IMG/VR virus record: IMGVR_UViG_3300031134_000641
Direction: 5' to 3' (one strand)
Source: an uncultured virus (IMG/VR IMGVR_UViG_3300031134_000641)
Lineage: Duplodnaviria > Heunggongvirae > Uroviricota > Caudoviricetes
DNA: 48,601 nt
This document shows, piece after piece, positions 43,473-48,601 of the stretch. Each line of letters begins with the position of its first letter. Positions within the stretch are counted from its first letter, which is position 1. The position numbers and the translations under genes are program-made. The notes under the pieces are model-generated. The model did not search any database. It saw only the letters and a list, made by a program, of their open reading frames with translations, and was not told the origin of the DNA.

Positions 43473-44660
43473 TCAGCTACGGTAACCTTTAAGGAGACCA
43501 TCAATCTCATGTGGAGTCTCAGCTGACTCTAGGAGATAACTTTTGATTAGGTTAGCTCCAGCTGACACATTTTTAGCTAACCTATCAGCAGCATACTGGC
43601 ACCAGGGTTCTAAGATAGCTTCATCCAGAATATCCTGGTCAATCAAAGATATAACTTCCCGTGCACGCTGCAAAGCACCTTCACTAATACTAGTGTTAGC
43701 AACAGGGTAGTAAACAAACTCTACTTTGATAGCTGGTGAGTAGTCTGACCATGCAGTTGGCTTGAAGTAAGTTGTCCAAAGGATTCCTTCTTCAGTATTC
43801 TGTGCGTCTAACCTTGTTAGAAGACCGGCTTTATCATGAATGAGTTCATGCAGTAACTCTGGGTGAGTACTGTGCTTGCGGTAATCAGTTTTTACAAAAC
43901 GGTTCAGTGATGTAATTAGGTTGTTGTTTGACGCAAGGTTACGAGGTTGAAGTAGCTCGCCACGCTGAAGGATCCTGTTAGCCAGAATTCTGTCAGACAC
44001 TTTCTTGGACAGAGGGTTACTCTCGCCAAGAATCTTCTTACTAAAAACGAAAGAGGAATCTGATTTAGCTACTGCTACATAGTCTTTCAAGTTACGGTCA
44101 GGATAAAGAATTGTGTTCAATGCTTTCCTGAGCAAGCCATCTTCATCACCGTTGTTGAGACCCAGAATGATGTTGCTTGTGGCCGGGTCGTTGCTGATTA
44201 ATGAAAAAAGAACCTGAGAGGCGTTACCAAGGTAAGCTCCATCAATAATTTTCATGTCAGCTTCTGTTTTCTGGAAAATACGCAACTCTAAAGCTGCCAT
44301 GATTCCAGATTCAACGTTCTGGTTCTGAGATGTGTGAGGAATGATAGCACTGTAAGCTTCAGCTGGAATTTCTTCGTCGCTAGCGAACAGTTGCTTGCTA
44401 CGGTAACCTTCACCTGCTGTGGCTCCTACAACAATAAGGTCACCACCTGCTAACTTGTCTGTAACACGGCCACCGTCTACAGCTATCAAGGTTTTGTCTT
44501 CAATGCTGGATTGACGATCAAATTTATGAACCGTGTGGCCTTTCTTAAGCAGGTCTTCTCTTAAGTTAAGTAGGGCCTTAGACGGCTCGGCAATGTTGAC
44601 AACATAAGTAGATGTTATGTTGTCAACATTGCCGAGTAGCAAATCCGTGATGGAAGTCAT
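43473..44660 (-). CDS. nurA: NurA-family 5'-3' nuclease
   Basis: IAVDGG, ALE, IIDGA, VAVAKS, SDR, C-terminal EPWCQYAADRLAK. Confidence 0.8.
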   Translation of the reverse strand: MTSITDLLLGNVDNITSTYVVNIAEPSKALLNLREDLLKKGHTVHKFDRQSSIEDKTLIAVDGGRVTDKLAGGDLIVVGATAGEGYRSKQLFASDEEIPAEAYSAIIPHTSQNQNVESGIMAALELRIFQKTEADMKIIDGAYLGNASQVLFSLISNDPATSNIILGLNNGDEDGLLRKALNTILYPDRNLKDYVAVAKSDSSFVFSKKILGESNPLSKKVSDRILANRILQRGELLQPRNLASNNNLITSLNRFVKTDYRKHSTHPELLHELIHDKAGLLTRLDAQNTEEGILWTTYFKPTAWSDYSPAIKVEFVYYPVANTSISEGALQRAREVISLIDQDILDEAILEPWCQYAADRLAKNVSAGANLIKSYLLESAETPHEIDGLLKGYRS

Positions 44661-44667
44661 GCTATTT

Positions 44668-45726
44668 TTAGTCGTCCAGGTCTTCCGCAGCGGCAGCAGC
44701 AGGCTCTGGCTCAGCTGGCTTAGGTAGACGAGCCTCTAGAATCTGAGCCTCAATAGCGTTAGCTACATCAGGGTTGTCAGAAAGGAATGCACGGGCTTTC
44801 TCTTTACCCTGACCAAGCTGCTTTCCACCGTCGTAGGTGTACCATGAACCAGACTTCTTGATGAAGCCTTCTTCTGTACCCATGTCAATAATGTCACCTT
44901 CACGGGAGAAACCAGGACGCTTTCCACCGTATACAAGGTCGAACTCTGCAACCTTGAATGGCGGCGCAACCTTGTTTTTAGCAATCTTGACCTTAGTACG
45001 GGCACCGATGATATCTGTACCTTCTTTAAGGGCACCGATACGGCGGATGTCGATACGTACGGAAGCGTAGAACTTAAGGGCCTTACCACCGGTTGTTGTC
45101 TCGGAAGGACCGAATGAAAGTCCACCAATCTTCTCACGCAACTGGTTGATGAAGATAACAATAGTCTTTGACTTGTTAACCTCTGCTGTGATCTTACGAA
45201 GACCCTGAGACATTAGACGTGCCTGGAGACCCACGTGGGCGTCACCCATGTCACCCTCAAGCTCCTTACGAGGAGTTAGAGCAGCAACGGAGTCGACTAC
45301 GATAATATCAAAAGCCTTGGAAGAAATTAGAGTATCAAGAATGTCCATACCCTGCTCACCGTCATCAGGCTGAGTCACAACCAACTGGTCAATGTCAACA
45401 CCAATTTTCTTAGCCCACTCAGGGTCAAGAGCGTGCTCAGCGTCAATGAACGCTGCGTTTCCACCCTGGCGCTGGACTTCAGCGATAGCGTGGAGGGTCA
45501 AAAGAGTCTTACCAGAAGACTCAGGCCCATAAACTTCGATGATACGGCCTTTAGGTAAACCACCAACACCTAGAGCAAGGTTGATAGCCAGTGAACCTGT
45601 TGAAATTGTTTGAACCTGCTGGGCGGGTGCGTCACCTAGCTTGTTAATTGAACCTTTACCGTACTTTTTCTCTACTTGTGCCATTGCAGCGGCTAGAGCT
45701 TTTTCGCGGTCTTCACTTGTTGTCAT
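44668..45726 (-). CDS. recA: RecA recombinase
   Basis: [51 protein letters not shown]. Confidence 0.99.
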   Translation of the reverse strand: MTTSEDREKALAAAMAQVEKKYGKGSINKLGDAPAQQVQTISTGSLAINLALGVGGLPKGRIIEVYGPESSGKTLLTLHAIAEVQRQGGNAAFIDAEHALDPEWAKKIGVDIDQLVVTQPDDGEQGMDILDTLISSKAFDIIVVDSVAALTPRKELEGDMGDAHVGLQARLMSQGLRKITAEVNKSKTIVIFINQLREKIGGLSFGPSETTTGGKALKFYASVRIDIRRIGALKEGTDIIGARTKVKIAKNKVAPPFKVAEFDLVYGGKRPGFSREGDIIDMGTEEGFIKKSGSWYTYDGGKQLGQGKEKARAFLSDNPDVANAIEAQILEARLPKPAEPEPAAAAAEDLDD

Positions 45727-45827
45727 TTGTTTAATAATCCTTTTTATTGAGGTGAGACAATCATAACATGGAACACTTTTTTACCTCACTTTTTTGGCCT
45801 CAAAACAGAATATTTCTGTTCCAAGTA

Positions 45828-45856
45828 TTGCTTTATTGTAGAAAATGATGTATAGT
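45828..45856 (+). promoter_or_regulatory. SigA-type promoter
   Basis: TTGCTT-N17-TATAGT. Confidence 0.65.
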
Positions 45857-45892
45857 TGTGAACCAGCTAACTGTACCTAACGAGAGAGCACC

Positions 45893-46546
45893 ATGGAAAA
45901 CGATTCAACTGAGCTATTGTCATCGCAATCACCTGAGGACTCTGTTCTTACGGCCTATGAAGAGTTAACTGATGCTGCCAGAGAGTTCACACAGAAACTG
46001 AATTTCTTGGATGCTACATGGTATAAAGACGCGGTATCAACTAAAACGCAGAACAGGGTTGAGTACCGTCTTATAGACAACGTAAGTGGCTACCCTATCA
46101 TTGCGTTCATGAAAGTCGGAGGAAACACTGCTGTTCCTCTTAAGTTTGCAGTCCACGTCAAAAATCGTATTCTAGACCAGCCTTTGTATGAACAGGCTAA
46201 GCTTTCAGCTGAAGCAGTCTTTGCGATGGATGCAGAACGCTTCTTTGTTGTATTAGAGGAAGCCAGAAAAGCTTTAGCTGAGAAATGGGATGCAGCAGAA
46301 CGACTAAACGAATATTTTGCATTCAGCTTGGTCTACCGTTTTCCTCTTGAAGAGGTTGTTAAAAGTAGCCCTGCTCTTCTAGAGAGCGAATATCATTTGG
46401 ATGCTTCACGCAGGTCAAGGCTTCTCATCCGAAGCCAAATCTATGAACTTATGAAGCTAAGCCAGCACACTGAAAGCTTGGAAGAGTTGGAGCAGTGGGC
46501 TGAACTTCCTGAGGACTGGAAAAGTAAGCTGATTGCAGGCAATTGA
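45893..46546 (+). CDS. Hypothetical protein
   Basis: 217-aa ORF; C-terminal LPEDWKSKL motif. Confidence 0.7.
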   Translation: MENDSTELLSSQSPEDSVLTAYEELTDAAREFTQKLNFLDATWYKDAVSTKTQNRVEYRLIDNVSGYPIIAFMKVGGNTAVPLKFAVHVKNRILDQPLYEQAKLSAEAVFAMDAERFFVVLEEARKALAEKWDAAERLNEYFAFSLVYRFPLEEVVKSSPALLESEYHLDASRRSRLLIRSQIYELMKLSQHTESLEELEQWAELPEDWKSKLIAGN

Positions 46547-46624
46547 AAGCCAAAATATGAGGTAAAAGCTCAAAGCATGATAGACTTAGCAATCTAATAA
46601 ATAAGATTGGTTTACACTTAAAGC

Positions 46625-48601
46625 ATGTCAGAGTCTGTTGAGCTTCTAAAGAAAATTGTTTCACTTAACCCTAAAGGTGAGCACCGTCCACAGCAGGAAA
46701 CCGCTGTAGAAGAGATTGAGTGCGCCTTAAATAATGACCAGCACCTTCTCATTGAAGCGCCCACTGGGTCAGGTAAGACTTTTGCATATATGGTTCCTCT
46801 TATTTACGTGGGAACTAAAGCAGTCGTATCTACTGCTACTAAGCAGCTTTCTGAACAGATTATGAAAACTGACGTTCCGTTCCTTCAGAAGGCATTGAAG
46901 AATGTTGCTCCAGGTAAAAAGTTCTCAGCTGCATTGCTTAAAGGACGTGAGAACTACTACTGCCTTAAGCGTGATGCCGAAGCAGGTAAGCTAGAGGACG
47001 AGTCAAACACTCTATTTGGTACTGTAGACGTTGGGATGCCTTCAGCTAAAGGTAAAGCAATCGCTAAAGAGACAGCTGAACTCAAAGCTTGGGCTGATGT
47101 AACCACCACAGGCGACAGGAGCGAGGCTCCCGCTGTTTCAGAGCAGACATGGAAGCAGTACTCAGTTACTTCAAGTGAGTGCCCTGGCCGCGCACAGTGC
47201 CCGTTTGGTGACGTATGTTTTGCTGAGATTGCCCGAGAAAAGGCAAGGAAAGCAACTATTGTTGTTACAAACCACGCTGTTGTAGCTAATGACCTCATCC
47301 AGGAGGGCGAAGGAATTCTAGGCGAGCGCGATGCTTACGTATTTGATGAGTTGCACGAGCTTGACAACTACCTATCCTCAGCCTGGGGAACACAACTTTC
47401 TGCTAAGAGCGTAAAAGATGCACACAAGGCCTTCAAACAGTATGGCGAACTTAACGCTAAAAGTGTGGACGATGTAGAAAAAGTTGGAAAGATGCTGGAC
47501 AAGGCGCTTCTGGATCTCAGCGAAGGCCCCCTCCAGTCTACTCCACACAAGTTAGGTGAGCTTCTAACTATACTTCATGCTGCTACCACTAGGATTGGTA
47601 TTGAAGCCGGTAAGACTGTAAACGACAAGACAGCTAACGAAGCTATCCGAAATGTTGTTTCTGTCCTCAAGAAGAGAGCAGATGAACTTTCTGAGGCTGC
47701 TGCTCTTCTTCTTAACGACAGTATTGAAATTGTTCGTTGGGTTAACGTCCGTGAGGATGTTCCTTACCTGCATGCCGCACCGTTGCGTGTTGGACCTAAG
47801 CTACAGGATGCTCTTAGTGCCCGCAACGCTACCATGATTGGTACAAGCGCAACTATCACTGTTGCTGGTTCCTTTGATATCCCAGTACATAACTTGGACT
47901 TGAACTCATCAGAGAGCTTCAAAACTGTTGCTCTTGATAGCCCATTTGATTTCAGCAAGCAGGCTATGATGTACATTCCTGACCCAGCAACTTTCCCTGC
48001 TCCTGTGGGTGCAGACCGTAAAGACCACACTGAAGCTGTTCGTAACACTTCTGTTGAGCTTATCAAAGCAACTGACGGTCGCGCACTGGTACTAAGCACA
48101 ACTACTTCTGGTGCTAAGTACATTGCCGACTTCCTACGACGTAAGCTACCTAAGATGAACATTATGCTTCAGGGAGATGCGCCTCCTGCCCAGCTTGTTG
48201 AGGAATTCAGAGAGGATGAGAAAAGCGTTCTCGTTGCAACTATGGGAATGTGGCACGGTCTGGATGTACCAGGTCAGGCTCTTTCACTTGTTATCATTGA
48301 CAAGATTCCGTTTAAGCCTATGGATGAGCCACTTTCTGTAGCACGTCAACGTTATGCAGAAGAAAATGGCCGTAGCGGATTCATGGACGTATATGTCGCA
48401 GATGCTAACGTTATGCTTGCACAGGGTGTCGGTAGACTAATCAGGTCTACAATTGACCGTGGTATCGTGGCAGTATTGGACACACGTCTTCTTTCTAAGC
48501 CTTACGGTAAGTCTATGTTAGCGTCTCTTCCTCCTATCAAAATTTATACGAAGAAAGACATTATCTTGTCAGCTGCTTCCCGCCTAGTTAAAGACTATTA
48601 A
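46625..48601 (+). CDS. dinG: DinG/YoaA-family Fe-S SF2 helicase
   Basis: RPQQ, EAPTGSGKT, KGRENYYC, C-x5-C-x4-C, FDELHEL, TSAT, GLDVPG, QGVGRLIR; TAA at 48599-48601. Confidence 0.92.
   Translation: MSESVELLKKIVSLNPKGEHRPQQETAVEEIECALNNDQHLLIEAPTGSGKTFAYMVPLIYVGTKAVVSTATKQLSEQIMKTDVPFLQKALKNVAPGKKFSAALLKGRENYYCLKRDAEAGKLEDESNTLFGTVDVGMPSAKGKAIAKETAELKAWADVTTTGDRSEAPAVSEQTWKQYSVTSSECPGRAQCPFGDVCFAEIAREKARKATIVVTNHAVVANDLIQEGEGILGERDAYVFDELHELDNYLSSAWGTQLSAKSVKDAHKAFKQYGELNAKSVDDVEKVGKMLDKALLDLSEGPLQSTPHKLGELLTILHAATTRIGIEAGKTVNDKTANEAIRNVVSVLKKRADELSEAAALLLNDSIEIVRWVNVREDVPYLHAAPLRVGPKLQDALSARNATMIGTSATITVAGSFDIPVHNLDLNSSESFKTVALDSPFDFSKQAMMYIPDPATFPAPVGADRKDHTEAVRNTSVELIKATDGRALVLSTTTSGAKYIADFLRRKLPKMNIMLQGDAPPAQLVEEFREDEKSVLVATMGMWHGLDVPGQALSLVIIDKIPFKPMDEPLSVARQRYAEENGRSGFMDVYVADANVMLAQGVGRLIRSTIDRGIVAVLDTRLLSKPYGKSMLASLPPIKIYTKKDIILSAASRLVKDY

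Noticed and set aside
501..48162. Many antisense or alternative-frame ORFs in the track (e.g. 39433-40230-, 29784-30233-, 34829-35290-, 21291-21737-)
   Set aside because: They overlap well-supported genes and lack motifs or start signals; shadow ORFs.
1..48601. CRISPR array, integrase/transposase, virion structural genes, introns/inteins in recA or dnaB, stop-codon recoding
   Set aside because: No regularly spaced repeats or such proteins seen; RecA and DnaB are normal length and uninterrupted; TAA, TAG and TGA all end intact genes under code 11.

Overview
A gene-dense, mixed-strand region with no capsid, tail, terminase, integrase or CRISPR features. By eye it is clearly below 50% GC, yet its proteins look actinobacterial (Microbacteriaceae-like). 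It most likely comes from a jumbo phage or giant extrachromosomal element (inference). It encodes host-like genes (dnaK, iscA, trxA, trxB, dsbA-like, pncA, nrtR, desaturase, MFS), DNA metabolism genes (dnaB, recA, herA, nurA, dinG-like), RNA repair and rescue functions (two PNKPs, Rnl1 ligase, tmRNA, tRNA-Ser), three ADP-ribosyltransferases, many membrane or secreted proteins, and a ~0.96 kb structured ORF-free RNA. The best candidate for an undescribed system is a set of seven dispersed proteins with mostly unrelated bodies (3 ARTs, an HD hydrolase, an RNA ligase, 2 unknowns). Six carry a short N-terminal C-x5-7-C-x2-H tag and the ligase a Cys-rich variant, and all seven sit behind the same non-SigA motif, GTTAGnnAT, which suggests a co-regulated targeting or packaging signal for effectors. 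A second motif, CCGATA, precedes mostly envelope genes. Two NrtR-type operators define an NAD-salvage regulon. All calls are from motif recognition by eye; no database searches were run.
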